Below the pieces are notes generated by a model that was not told the origin of the DNA, searched no databases, and saw only the letters and a list, made by a program, of their open reading frames with translations. The translations under genes and the position numbers were made by a program. This document shows, one piece after another, positions 26,052 through 34,606 of a DNA stretch of 41,819 nucleotides; position 1 is the stretch's first letter; every line of letters begins with the position of its first letter. The stretch comes from a virus (taxonomy: Duplodnaviria > Caudoviricetes), in IMG/VR virus record IMGVR_UViG_3300020045_017494, positions 1 to 41,819 of that record. The stretch is one strand, 5' to 3'.

Positions 26052-26252
26052 CTGACAGTCGGCAAAGACCGGCACCCCTGGGGGGTTAGTTCTTTGAAAA
26101 AATTAAATGGCGGTTTGATATTGGCAGATACAACATTGCTCCCTGGTAAAGAGCCTGCGTAAATGAAGCCTGTAAACAGAACCTACAGAGTGCCATACTC
26201 TTTAAGCCGAATATAGATGGAAGATACCTGGCAGCCGGGAAAGACCGGCACC
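26052..26252 (+). repeat. Two 25-bp hairpin repeats (26052-26076, 26228-26252)
   Basis: CTGACAGTCGGCAAAGACCGGCACC vs CTGGCAGCCGGGAAAGACCGGCACC (22/25 identical); stem GYCGG/CCGGC. Confidence 0.85.
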
Positions 26253-26255
26253 TAT

Positions 26256-26328
26256 CGCGGGTAGGACAAATGGCTAAGTCGGTGGGCTCATATCCCACAC
26301 GGACCGGGTTCGACTCCCGGACCCGCTA
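26256..26328 (+). tRNA. Initiator tRNA-Met (CAT)
   Basis: Acceptor CGCGGGT/ACCCGCT with C1:U72 mismatch, A11:U24, anticodon arm GTGGG-CTCATAT-CCCAC, T arm CCGGG-TTCGACT-CCCGG; CCA not encoded. Confidence 0.9.
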
Positions 26329-26342
26329 CAAATTATAATGAA

Positions 26343-26537
26343 ATGGAATTCGATTGGAAAACAAATGATCCTTTTAAAAACTGCGCGTTTTGCGGAACTG
26401 CTGTAAAACATGGCAGCGGATATATAACAATAGGATTGTGCGAGGAACATGAACGAATTTGGAGTGAAGATATTAAATCAGGATTTAAACAAAACCGGCT
26501 CAGGGAAATAATGATTGCCAGGGGCGAAACAAAATAA
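26343..26537 (+). CDS. Small Cys/His-motif protein
   Basis: CxxC...CxxH. Confidence 0.6.
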   Translation: MEFDWKTNDPFKNCAFCGTAVKHGSGYITIGLCEEHERIWSEDIKSGFKQNRLREIMIARGETK

Positions 26538-26580
26538 TTCTTTTTAATCAACAATTATTCACCAAAACAAATCAATCACC

Positions 26581-26961
26581 ATGAACAAAATCACATTAAC
26601 TCCTGAAGCTTGCATCAACTTTGTTGAAAAGAACAAGCCGGCGATTATTACCATTTCTAATTTGGGTGTAACCTTTAACCATCCAGCAGAATTATTGCTG
26701 CAGCTAAAAAAAGGTTTTCATTTTGGGTTAGAGATTGACGACAACGAATTGTATTATAAAGACGCTACAACCGGCTTTGAAATAAAAAGCAAGTTAGTTG
26801 CCACACTATCGGCCCCAGTGCGTGGCTTACGCTTATTACTTATTGATGCTCTTAAAATAGAGATTCCAAAAGACCAGACAAAACAGATCAGCCTTACTTA
26901 TGAGGTTGGTGAATTTAAAGACGGTCGCCGCAAATTGAATCGGATTACAAAGATAAAGTGA
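26581..26961 (+). CDS. Hypothetical protein
   Basis: 126 aa with an AT-rich initiation region. Confidence 0.7.
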   Translation: MNKITLTPEACINFVEKNKPAIITISNLGVTFNHPAELLLQLKKGFHFGLEIDDNELYYKDATTGFEIKSKLVATLSAPVRGLRLLLIDALKIEIPKDQTKQISLTYEVGEFKDGRRKLNRITKIK

Positions 26962-27233
26962 TGGAGGAAAAAGCCCCATACGCCAACTCGAGCCAGGGAT
27001 TGTATTGGGTTGGCAACAGGTTGTTTTTTTACGAATTGCCCATTGCTCATATTACACAGGAACCAAAGCTTACTGATTGGTTTACTAGCCGGATACGATG
27101 GGTAATACAGTTTAACCTTCCGTTTGACGACAGCATACACGAAGATAAGTGCTATGAATCTGTTGACCAGATTAAATCACATATTGAAAAACATGCCAGG
27201 ATTTTAATCGATAAAATAAAAGCGTATGACTGA
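26958..27233 (+). CDS. Hypothetical protein
   Basis: Overlapping operon packing. Confidence 0.6.
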   Translation: MMEEKAPYANSSQGLYWVGNRLFFYELPIAHITQEPKLTDWFTSRIRWVIQFNLPFDDSIHEDKCYESVDQIKSHIEKHARILIDKIKAYD

Positions 27234-27456
27234 CCACAGGGCAACTCCCGAAGCGAACCAAAAGCAACAAATAAAACAATGGGAAAAGTTCAGGAGTGAT
27301 GCCACAACCAGGGGAGTTTACCTGATTTATGAGAAACTATACATTTTCCCGGGGGAGATAATACCCGATAATTTCGGTCCTGAGCTTACACCACATTACC
27401 GGCTGCTTAATCGTACTGAGCGCCGGTTAAAAAAGAGAGGAAACATACCATGCTGA
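27226..27456 (+). CDS. Hypothetical protein
   Basis: Overlapping operon packing. Confidence 0.6.
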   Translation: MTDHRATPEANQKQQIKQWEKFRSDATTRGVYLIYEKLYIFPGEIIPDNFGPELTPHYRLLNRTERRLKKRGNIPC

Positions 27457-27749
27457 AACATGATTTTTTTGAAAAACTTAACCAGGGCGAATGCCTTACT
27501 CCAGCTACAGCCGATCAGGTTAACTGGTTTTACGAGTGGATGAATTCGCCGGTAAAACAAAAGCTGCCGCAGCTGGCCAGGATGGAAAGAAAAAAGGATG
27601 AAGCGGCGCTGGCCATGGTTACAAAATTGAAAATGCGGGGCTTTTTCGAGCGCAACGCCAACAAAGGTAAAACTGATTTTAAAGTCAGGTACCTGGATAA
27701 CAGGATGATTATTTATGGAATAGAAACCGCTTTAACCGTAAAAATTTAA
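27450..27749 (+). CDS. Hypothetical protein
   Basis: Overlapping operon packing. Confidence 0.65.
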   Translation: MLKHDFFEKLNQGECLTPATADQVNWFYEWMNSPVKQKLPQLARMERKKDEAALAMVTKLKMRGFFERNANKGKTDFKVRYLDNRMIIYGIETALTVKI

Positions 27750-27754
27750 CCTAT

Positions 27755-28048
27755 ATGCAGCAGCTCTTATACCCGGTACTTGTATCGATTTTAATTTTAA
27801 TACTTATATGCCTGTCGGTATTTACTTTCGCCCTGATCAGGTACCTGATCTCAATCCTTTTCCATCTTGCTGATATCGAAAACTGGCGCAAAAATCTGGT
27901 ACCAGGTACCAAAGTTTTGGTTATCGATCACGGAGCACATAACCGGCTGGTGATTGCAGTGTACGACGATATGGTACAGGTACAAAACGCAGATGGTAAC
28001 CCATCCGGACATCATATCTCAACTATATATCCAATTACCCGTAAATAG
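27755..28048 (+). CDS. Hypothetical membrane protein
   Basis: N-terminal TM helix and a small beta domain. Confidence 0.6.
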   Translation: MQQLLYPVLVSILILILICLSVFTFALIRYLISILFHLADIENWRKNLVPGTKVLVIDHGAHNRLVIAVYDDMVQVQNADGNPSGHHISTIYPITRK

Positions 28049-28049
28049 C

Positions 28050-29000
28050 ATGGGACGATCGAATAAAATAGGGCTTGAGTATCATCCTACTTTTGTTGAT
28101 TTTGAAGAAAACGACAAAGTTTCGATGATGCTGGCTGAATGCGGAATGCTTGGAGAAATTGTACTACAGCGGATCTGGAGAGCCGTTTACAGGAATAAAG
28201 GTTATTACTACAATTTCGGCAATGATGAATGCCTGCTGATGAGCCGAAGAATAGGCTACGGGCTCAGATCGAATGAAATTATGGAAGTGATACAAACCTG
28301 CCTGAGGCGAAACCTTTTTGATATGCGCCTGTACGAGAACTACGGTATTTTAACCAGCAAACGCATCCAGGAGACTTATGTAATGGCAACCGTTGAACGG
28401 ATATCGGTTGTGTTTGATAAACGATACTTGCTTATTTCTCTACCGAAAAGGGCGAATATAACGGTGTATAATCCCGATTTATCCACCGGGAATCCTACGG
28501 GAAATGCGATTTCTCCGCCGAATCCCCCCCGGGAAACTCGATTTGTCGGCAAAGATTCGACCGATAAAAGCGATTTATCGACCGATAAATCCACAAAGGA
28601 GAGTAAAGGAAAGGAAAGTATAGAAAATGAAAGTAAAGGAGAGGAGAGTGAAAATGGCGCTCCGCAAATCACGCTCTTTTCAAAAGACTATTTCAAAATA
28701 GATATTGAAAAAAGAAAAGAGCTTTTCCGGGGGGCGGTCGCATCGTTCGAATTTAAATATGAAACTGCATGCCTGGAGAAGTTCTTTAAAAAATGGTCGG
28801 AACTCAACCCCAACGGAAAGCGCTTGCGTTTTGAGCTTGAACGCACCTGGGAACTTAACGAAAGGATTAACAGCTGGGGCGCGGCCTGGAATGCAATTGA
28901 ATCAAAAAAAACAGCTACCAATGAATCAAAAAGAAGATCCCAAACCAATTCAAACCTTACTTCAACAAACGTTATCGCCGAAGGATATGGAGAGTTATAA
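28050..29000 (+). CDS. Replication initiator (DUF4373 / Lin1244-like)
   Basis: MGR.NK.GLEY...D...KV...G..G...IW..VY...GYY and ILTSKRIQETY; internal iterons; upstream of the ATPase. Confidence 0.8.
   Translation: MGRSNKIGLEYHPTFVDFEENDKVSMMLAECGMLGEIVLQRIWRAVYRNKGYYYNFGNDECLLMSRRIGYGLRSNEIMEVIQTCLRRNLFDMRLYENYGILTSKRIQETYVMATVERISVVFDKRYLLISLPKRANITVYNPDLSTGNPTGNAISPPNPPRETRFVGKDSTDKSDLSTDKSTKESKGKESIENESKGEESENGAPQITLFSKDYFKIDIEKRKELFRGAVASFEFKYETACLEKFFKKWSELNPNGKRLRFELERTWELNERINSWGAAWNAIESKKTATNESKRRSQTNSNLTSTNVIAEGYGEL
28475..28655. other. Putative replication origin (iterons plus purine-rich tract)
   Basis: CGATTT(A/C/G)TC(C/G)(A/G)C at 28475, 28507, 28539 and 28571; palindrome 28572-28591; A/G-rich tract 28595-28655. 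Confidence 0.7.
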
Positions 29001-29877
29001 AACAGGATATCCGGAAATTGAACTTACGATGGCCGAAAAGCAGAAGTTTGTAAATATGATGCTGCTCAGGGTTAACGATGGAGCCCAGGTGCGCACACGC
29101 CAACTAAACGAGCTGCAATATGCCCAGGCCATGTACGAAGCCAGGGAACGTAAGTATTTTGAAACTGTTGAGCAGCCCAAATACTGGAATAAAGTTAATA
29201 ACACCGGTAACGATATCCCCAGTTTCACAGCCTGGCAACTGGCCATTCGCCTGGTACATTTATTTAAAAACCATACCGGCAAGCATTTTAGGTTTACCCC
29301 TACAAACAGAAAGATATTTTGGGCGCTGTGCCTGTATTTTACCGGTGATCCCCGATTTGAAGAACTAACCTATACCAACAATGAAGGCAAGCAGGTAAGC
29401 CGTGGTTATTCGCTGCAAAAAGGACTTATGATAATGGGCCCAATAGGATGCGGGAAAACTACATTGATGAAAATGTTTATGGTTAACCAGCAATCCTGCT
29501 ACTCAGTTCAATCGTGCCTCAAAGTAGCCGAAAGCTACATTGCTGAAGATGGCGGAGATAAACGCGACATACTTGAGTATTATTCGAAAGCTATAAAAAC
29601 ACCATCGAACAGCAACATCTTCAGGCATACCGACCTGGGAATTTGCTTTGATGACCTGGGCATTGAGGATGTACGTAAGAAATTCGGAAACACCACTAAC
29701 GTAATGGCCTACATACTTACCCGCCGTTACGATGTAGTTCCAAGGCATACAACCCATATCACTACCAACCTTTCGGCACAGCAAATTGAAGATTTTTACG
29801 GCAGCCGGTTACGATCCCGGATGAGGGAAATGTTCAACCAGGTTCGCTATGATGAAAAAGCTCCAGACCTCAGATAA
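28921..29877 (+). CDS. DnaC/IstB-like ATPase (putative helicase loader)
   Basis: Walker A GPIGCGKT, Walker B ICFDDLG, THITTNL, YGSRLRSRMREMFN. Confidence 0.85.
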   Translation: MNQKEDPKPIQTLLQQTLSPKDMESYKTGYPEIELTMAEKQKFVNMMLLRVNDGAQVRTRQLNELQYAQAMYEARERKYFETVEQPKYWNKVNNTGNDIPSFTAWQLAIRLVHLFKNHTGKHFRFTPTNRKIFWALCLYFTGDPRFEELTYTNNEGKQVSRGYSLQKGLMIMGPIGCGKTTLMKMFMVNQQSCYSVQSCLKVAESYIAEDGGDKRDILEYYSKAIKTPSNSNIFRHTDLGICFDDLGIEDVRKKFGNTTNVMAYILTRRYDVVPRHTTHITTNLSAQQIEDFYGSRLRSRMREMFNQVRYDEKAPDLR

Positions 29878-29900
29878 TTTTAAAACGAACAACCAATCCA

Positions 29901-30263
29901 ATGACACCAATCAACGAACTCAGCCTCCCATCCGAGCAAGCAAAATTCCTGCGGGATATAGGTATAAGCATGGCAGCTGATGCCGCCGACGCTCAAAACC
30001 CATTATGGCAACACCGTGCCATGGATGCGCTGATAGAATTCCTGAAAACCCATACCAGTGAATTTATGACTGAGGACTTCCGGAACTGGGCCGAAACCAC
30101 ACACGGACTGCCGGTACCGCCAACCGGAAGAGCATACGGCGCAGTTATGACATCAGCTTTTAAAAACAAGCTTATCAATCACAACGGCTATGGCCGAACC
30201 TGCAACCCGCTGGCACACCGAACACCCGCATCAGTATGGATCATTAATAATTTACAGTCATGA
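29901..30263 (+). CDS. Hypothetical phage protein
   Basis: 120 aa, RAYGAV...A.K..LI motif. Confidence 0.7.
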   Translation: MTPINELSLPSEQAKFLRDIGISMAADAADAQNPLWQHRAMDALIEFLKTHTSEFMTEDFRNWAETTHGLPVPPTGRAYGAVMTSAFKNKLINHNGYGRTCNPLAHRTPASVWIINNLQS

Positions 30264-30733
30264 ATATAGCATTAGCAAAAGACGAAGCAGTACAAAAACA
30301 TGGTTTTGAAGGCTGGAGTGATTTCAGAAACAAAACCCAGGAAGATGGAACATACAATTCCATTAAGTATGAATTACTGGAAGAAGCCTTTGAATTGTAT
30401 GTTGATGAGCAAACAAAAATAAGGCTGGATTTTCAAAAAGAACTTAAAGCCCAAAAAGCTTTACTTGTTGAAGCCAGATGTTTTCACGATAACTCAAAAC
30501 GTAATTATGGCGAAGCATACCGCAAGCTGATCAGCGAGCATATTGCCAGGCTAAAAGGTTGCCAAATGCTTTTCGATATGGTACAGTCGAACCACACACA
30601 CCTGCATAAAAAGATATTCACAGAGCATGCCAATACGGTAATTGAAATGCAGATTACCAAACTCAAGGACGAATATAAAACCGGTACCTGGAAATTTGGC
30701 GAACATTACGACGGCGACGATTTACCCTTTTAA
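30260..30733 (+). CDS. Hypothetical protein with a DDLPF C-terminus
   Basis: 157 aa, helical, ends GDDLPF. Confidence 0.7.
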   Translation: MNIALAKDEAVQKHGFEGWSDFRNKTQEDGTYNSIKYELLEEAFELYVDEQTKIRLDFQKELKAQKALLVEARCFHDNSKRNYGEAYRKLISEHIARLKGCQMLFDMVQSNHTHLHKKIFTEHANTVIEMQITKLKDEYKTGTWKFGEHYDGDDLPF

Positions 30734-30745
30734 CCCCTGATCACC

Positions 30746-31336
30746 ATGCAACTTGAAACAGCTTTACCAATTGCATACGCAGCCCAGGCAGCTATAATGG
30801 AGCATTGCGAAATAACGCATATTGCCGGCAGCTGCCGCAGACTTAAACCAGATGTGCATGATATTGAACTATGCTGTTTACCGAAGACCGAGCTGGTTAC
30901 AAATCGTATAGATATGTTTACCGATTTGCAGACGGTAGAAGTTAATAAGGATTTCGTAAGAAAGGCTTTGAAATTAGGTAAAATACAAAAAGGCTGTCCA
31001 AGTGGCCGCTATATGCAAATACTGCTTCCGGAATCCATTGACCTTGATTTATTCATTCCCCAGGATTATGATTATTACCGGCAGCTGGCCATACGAACCG
31101 GTCCGGCTGAGTACAGCTATGCTGTGCTGGCCGTAGGATGGCGCAAACTGGGTTGGTGCGGAACCAAGGACGGCCTGCGGCTGATGACCGATTGCATTGA
31201 AAAACGCAACTGCTCAGGTAAAAGTACCTGGCAATGTATTAACCCAATTCCGGAGCTGCCGCCACACTGGAAATCGGAACGCGAGTTTTACGACTGGATA
31301 AAGGTACCATGGGCCGAACCAACTGAACGTGCATGA
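30746..31336 (+). CDS. Minimal DNA polymerase X-family nucleotidyltransferase
   Basis: IAGSCRR...VHDIE, IDLDLF, RTGP, SEREFYDWIKVPWAEPTER; lacks 8-kDa and PHP domains. Confidence 0.85.
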   Translation: MQLETALPIAYAAQAAIMEHCEITHIAGSCRRLKPDVHDIELCCLPKTELVTNRIDMFTDLQTVEVNKDFVRKALKLGKIQKGCPSGRYMQILLPESIDLDLFIPQDYDYYRQLAIRTGPAEYSYAVLAVGWRKLGWCGTKDGLRLMTDCIEKRNCSGKSTWQCINPIPELPPHWKSEREFYDWIKVPWAEPTERA

Positions 31337-31662
31337 GTGACTTGAAACGCATATACCTGGCCGGCAAAGTAACCGGACTCTGTTATAAAAACGCAGTTAA
31401 AAAATTCAACTATGCCAAACAATTTCTATTATCCGAAGGCTTCGATGAAGTGGTTAACCCCATGGACCTGGTACCCAAAAACACAAACTGGGCCGATGCT
31501 ATGCTGATCCTTCTCCCCTACCTGGCAACCTGCAATTATATTGCCATACTCCCGGGCTATGAGGACAGCAACGGAGCAATGACCGAATACTATTTCGCCA
31601 GGGGAATGGAGAATGAAGGAAAATTAAAAGCAATTATTCATTTAAGCGTATACAAAAATTAG
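31333..31662 (+). CDS. DUF4406 / nucleoside 2-deoxyribosyltransferase-like protein
   Basis: IYLAGKVTG...VVNP...LPGYEDSNGAMTE. Confidence 0.8.
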   Translation: MSDLKRIYLAGKVTGLCYKNAVKKFNYAKQFLLSEGFDEVVNPMDLVPKNTNWADAMLILLPYLATCNYIAILPGYEDSNGAMTEYYFARGMENEGKLKAIIHLSVYKN

Positions 31663-31664
31663 AG

Positions 31665-31898
31665 ATGGCAAAAGCTCAATGTATTACCTGTAAGTGCGGA
31701 AAAACATTTGCAGCATGTGTAGAACCCTATTGTTACACAGAAAAAGAATGGCAAAAGGACTTGCGTAAATATGTTTTAGAAGGTTGCACTGTTGATATGC
31801 GTGAAGCCGAAGCCTTTGTTTTTGAAAAATGTATCTGCAAGTCTGAGAAACAAAAAGAAGATCCAAATCAAAAAAGCTTATTCGATGAAACTGTATAA
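31665..31898 (+). CDS. Cys-rich hypothetical protein
   Basis: 77 aa, CxCG and CxC motifs, C-terminal QKSLF. Confidence 0.65.
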   Translation: MAKAQCITCKCGKTFAACVEPYCYTEKEWQKDLRKYVLEGCTVDMREAEAFVFEKCICKSEKQKEDPNQKSLFDETV

Positions 31899-32025
31899 AC
31901 AAATACCTGACGATGCTTACACTCCGGGCGAAGTGCAGGGAATAAAACTTAAAGGCTGCCTACAGCTGGCAATACCGGTAATAGTTTTTTGGGTAGTGGT
32001 AATCTGTTTAATCCGCGCATTATGA
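31885..32025 (+). CDS. Small membrane protein
   Basis: 46 aa with a C-terminal TM helix; overlapping packing. Confidence 0.5.
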   Translation: MKLYKQIPDDAYTPGEVQGIKLKGCLQLAIPVIVFWVVVICLIRAL

Positions 32026-32243
32026 CAGTAACGCAACTCATTACTAAGTACGAAAAACGAAAAGCCCAGGTGAATAAAGTTGTTGATTATGCTGAAAAGA
32101 TAAAAGCTTTTCATGTAGCTATTGAGCTACAAAATCTATTGAGACTTTATACTACGCTTATAAGTGACCTGGAACTGCTTTCCGGTAAAAGTAAAGCAAA
32201 GAAAACCCTTGATACTTCATTCGATAACCATCCACAACTATGA
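32022..32243 (+). CDS. Hypothetical protein
   Basis: ATGA overlaps at both ends. Confidence 0.6.
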   Translation: MTVTQLITKYEKRKAQVNKVVDYAEKIKAFHVAIELQNLLRLYTTLISDLELLSGKSKAKKTLDTSFDNHPQL

Positions 32244-32497
32244 GCCTGGAGAAAGTAATAAAAATAGCAGCAAAACTGTACGAAGTGCGCAGCGTTGCCC
32301 GTAGGTTTTTTAACGACGACTACCAGAAACGGCTGGAGCCCTACATACACATCATAAAACAAACCATGAAAGCCAATGATATTGACGCAATGAAAGCCTT
32401 GCTGCTGGTAAGCGAAACCAATATGTTTAAAGACAATGAAATTGCGCCAATGCTATTTATAGCCGCTGCCGTTGAAATTGAAGAACCTTCGGAATAA
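32240..32497 (+). CDS. Hypothetical protein
   Basis: 85 aa, helical, operon packing. Confidence 0.7.
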   Translation: MSLEKVIKIAAKLYEVRSVARRFFNDDYQKRLEPYIHIIKQTMKANDIDAMKALLLVSETNMFKDNEIAPMLFIAAAVEIEEPSE

Positions 32498-32943
32498 TGG
32501 AAACCACCTTTCAAAAAATCAGCCGTAAAACCGGCAAGAAACAAACCAACTGCAAATGCCAGTTGTGCAAACGGCAATGTGTGCATCCATGCCTGGGAAC
32601 TCCGGATGATATGATCAGGATACTGGAGGCCGGGTACCAGGATCGGGTTATGTTTATACGCTGGACCGGTGCCCTGGATATGGGAGTTCATAACAGCGAT
32701 ATTCCTATGATTACTTCCCTGTTGGATCCAGTGAAGAAATCGTGCACATTTTTTACCGATGGTCTGTGCGAGCTGCATGCCCAGGGACTGAAACCAACCG
32801 AAGGAAAGCTATCGCACCACAGCACGGAGCTGTCCACATTCGATGTAAAACGTTCCATCGGCTGGGCAGTAGCAAAGGAATGGATGAAGCTGGATTTTAT
32901 AGCGTTTAAAAAGAAACTGGAGAGTATAAAACCAATTAAATAA
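32497..32943 (+). CDS. YkgJ-like Cys-cluster (Fe-S/Zn) protein
   Basis: CKCQLCKRQC..PC and CTFFTDGLCELH...KP. Confidence 0.7.
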   Translation: METTFQKISRKTGKKQTNCKCQLCKRQCVHPCLGTPDDMIRILEAGYQDRVMFIRWTGALDMGVHNSDIPMITSLLDPVKKSCTFFTDGLCELHAQGLKPTEGKLSHHSTELSTFDVKRSIGWAVAKEWMKLDFIAFKKKLESIKPIK

Positions 32944-32950
32944 ATCCTTT

Positions 32951-33283
32951 ATGGAACAACTTGACAATGCAAAAAAACTAATCAGGAATTGCTTTACGGG
33001 AGTAAGATCAGAAATTGCTTTAGATATGCTTATCAAATCAGTGGAATATATTGATGAAGCATCAAAAATCATCGATAAAAAACCAGAAACAGAAATCCCT
33101 GACTGGACCGTAGCCGATAGCGAAGGGGTATTGCATATACCTGATGAACTGGATAAGATTTTCAACAAAGTAGGAATGCAAATGCGCTTTGTGACAATCA
33201 GTGGTAAAAATGAAGTGCAGGCTGTTGCGCATATAGTGTACAACTGCCAGAAGTTTTTCAAAGAAATGTATGATAAACAGTAA
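32951..33283 (+). CDS. Hypothetical protein
   Basis: 110 aa, operon packing. Confidence 0.65.
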   Translation: MEQLDNAKKLIRNCFTGVRSEIALDMLIKSVEYIDEASKIIDKKPETEIPDWTVADSEGVLHIPDELDKIFNKVGMQMRFVTISGKNEVQAVAHIVYNCQKFFKEMYDKQ

Positions 33284-33286
33284 GAA

Positions 33287-33487
33287 ATGGATAATTTAAA
33301 AATCAGAGCTCGTTTAGCGGCTAAAACAGATGTTAAAAACCACTACGAAAGGTTATGGACAAGTATTGTTGTATTAAAAGAATTAGTTGGATTGTCCGAG
33401 AGCACAATGAAAGAATTACAGGATAAAATAAGCGGCAAAATAGCTGAGTGTGATAAAAGTATTAAGTATCATTCCCGGCTACTTTAA
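33287..33487 (+). CDS. Hypothetical protein
   Basis: 66 aa, last gene of the early cluster. Confidence 0.6.
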   Translation: MDNLKIRARLAAKTDVKNHYERLWTSIVVLKELVGLSESTMKELQDKISGKIAECDKSIKYHSRLL

Positions 33488-33531
33488 TTATTTATTAACC
33501 GCTGTACTTTCCAACCCTAACCCCCTAACCT

Positions 33532-33539
33532 TATATTTG
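33532..33539 (+). promoter_or_regulatory. Sigma-A -7 element directly before ATG 33543
   Basis: TATATTTGCCCATG, implying a near-leaderless transcript. Confidence 0.65.
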
Positions 33540-33542
33540 CCC

Positions 33543-34103
33543 ATGTTTACAGTTGAATTGCCTTGTAAGCCCTATGTGAAGCGATTCCTGCAGATAAACT
33601 GCGGGGAACCGGCCAACTTATCAAATCATAAAATGCTCCAGGCCGAATTTCGCCGGTTGCTGAAAAAGAAATGCAAACGTGACGATTCATACTACAGCAA
33701 GCTATCGCTAAACAAGTATTCCGAAAAAATTGAAATACTTATTTCGGATGATGATTTTTACAGGCATGGCTGGGAGCTTACCTTAACGGATACCATCGCT
33801 TTTGGAAAACACGTTGAGCGGCAAACAAAACTAATGATGCACACCTTTGTTGGGGGATATGCCATGGTTATGGAACTGCAGTCGGCAATACTCCGCTTCC
33901 AGGAAGAATCGGGATTTTACGAAGACATCTGGAAGTTTGAAAGCATAAGCAAAGATTTTCAGCGAAACCAGCGCGACAGGGTGAATATTTCGAAAGAAAT
34001 AATTGCACAAATTAAAAATATATCTCTGGCGACATTGTCCAAACTCGGGACAATATCGCACCTAGCAATAAAGCACTATGAAGACACTAAACAGACCGCT
34101 TGA
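33543..34103 (+). CDS. Hypothetical protein, candidate late-gene regulator
   Basis: Basic 186 aa protein (MFTVELPCKPYVKRFL) at the early/late boundary with its own promoter; function inferred from position. Confidence 0.45.
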   Translation: MFTVELPCKPYVKRFLQINCGEPANLSNHKMLQAEFRRLLKKKCKRDDSYYSKLSLNKYSEKIEILISDDDFYRHGWELTLTDTIAFGKHVERQTKLMMHTFVGGYAMVMELQSAILRFQEESGFYEDIWKFESISKDFQRNQRDRVNISKEIIAQIKNISLATLSKLGTISHLAIKHYEDTKQTA

Positions 34104-34581
34104 ATCACTTGCCGGCAACCTTGCACTTTTTTTGATCCCGGTTCAAAACATAGCAACTTTAATTGACCAAACAATTACAGTTACCGATGTCGAAATGGTG
34201 CTGCAGGTAATTTGCTCACGCGAAACAATTAATCACCTGAGCACAGCAACAAAAACAGCAGCAGGAAGCAAGTATACACACAAAGTTACTGCATCGGCTT
34301 ATGGCTGGTCCAATGCCAATGATATGCTTCTTGATCAGTTTATGAAATATAAACTTTTCGTAATTATACGCGACAGCGAAGGCAATTACCTTTCGATAGG
34401 CAGCAGGGATTTAGGACTTACACTCACCTGGGAATACGATTCGGGCGCTGATGCATCGGCTAAAAAAGGCTACTCCATAACTTTAGCCGGCGATTTAACT
34501 ACCAATACCCGGCTGTTAGAGTTTGAAACAAATACTGACGGAAGCCCTGTAGTTGAGGAGTTTGCGCCTATTGTTGATTAA
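34078..34581 (+). CDS. Hypothetical structural-type protein
   Basis: 167 aa, beta-rich; FVIIRDSEGNYLSIG resembles VFIVEDGTGQMYLMG of 36854..37408. Confidence 0.5.
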   Translation: MKTLNRPLESLAGNLALFLIPVQNIATLIDQTITVTDVEMVLQVICSRETINHLSTATKTAAGSKYTHKVTASAYGWSNANDMLLDQFMKYKLFVIIRDSEGNYLSIGSRDLGLTLTWEYDSGADASAKKGYSITLAGDLTTNTRLLEFETNTDGSPVVEEFAPIVD

Positions 34582-34606
34582 AAGAAAACCCATTTAACGG
34601 CCGTTT

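Noticed and set aside
28705-28920. Upstream extensions of ORFs (28705; also 27954, 33450, 37485, 10853, 3313)
   Set aside because: The extensions overlap other genes, promoters or repeats; downstream ATGs fit operon packing better.
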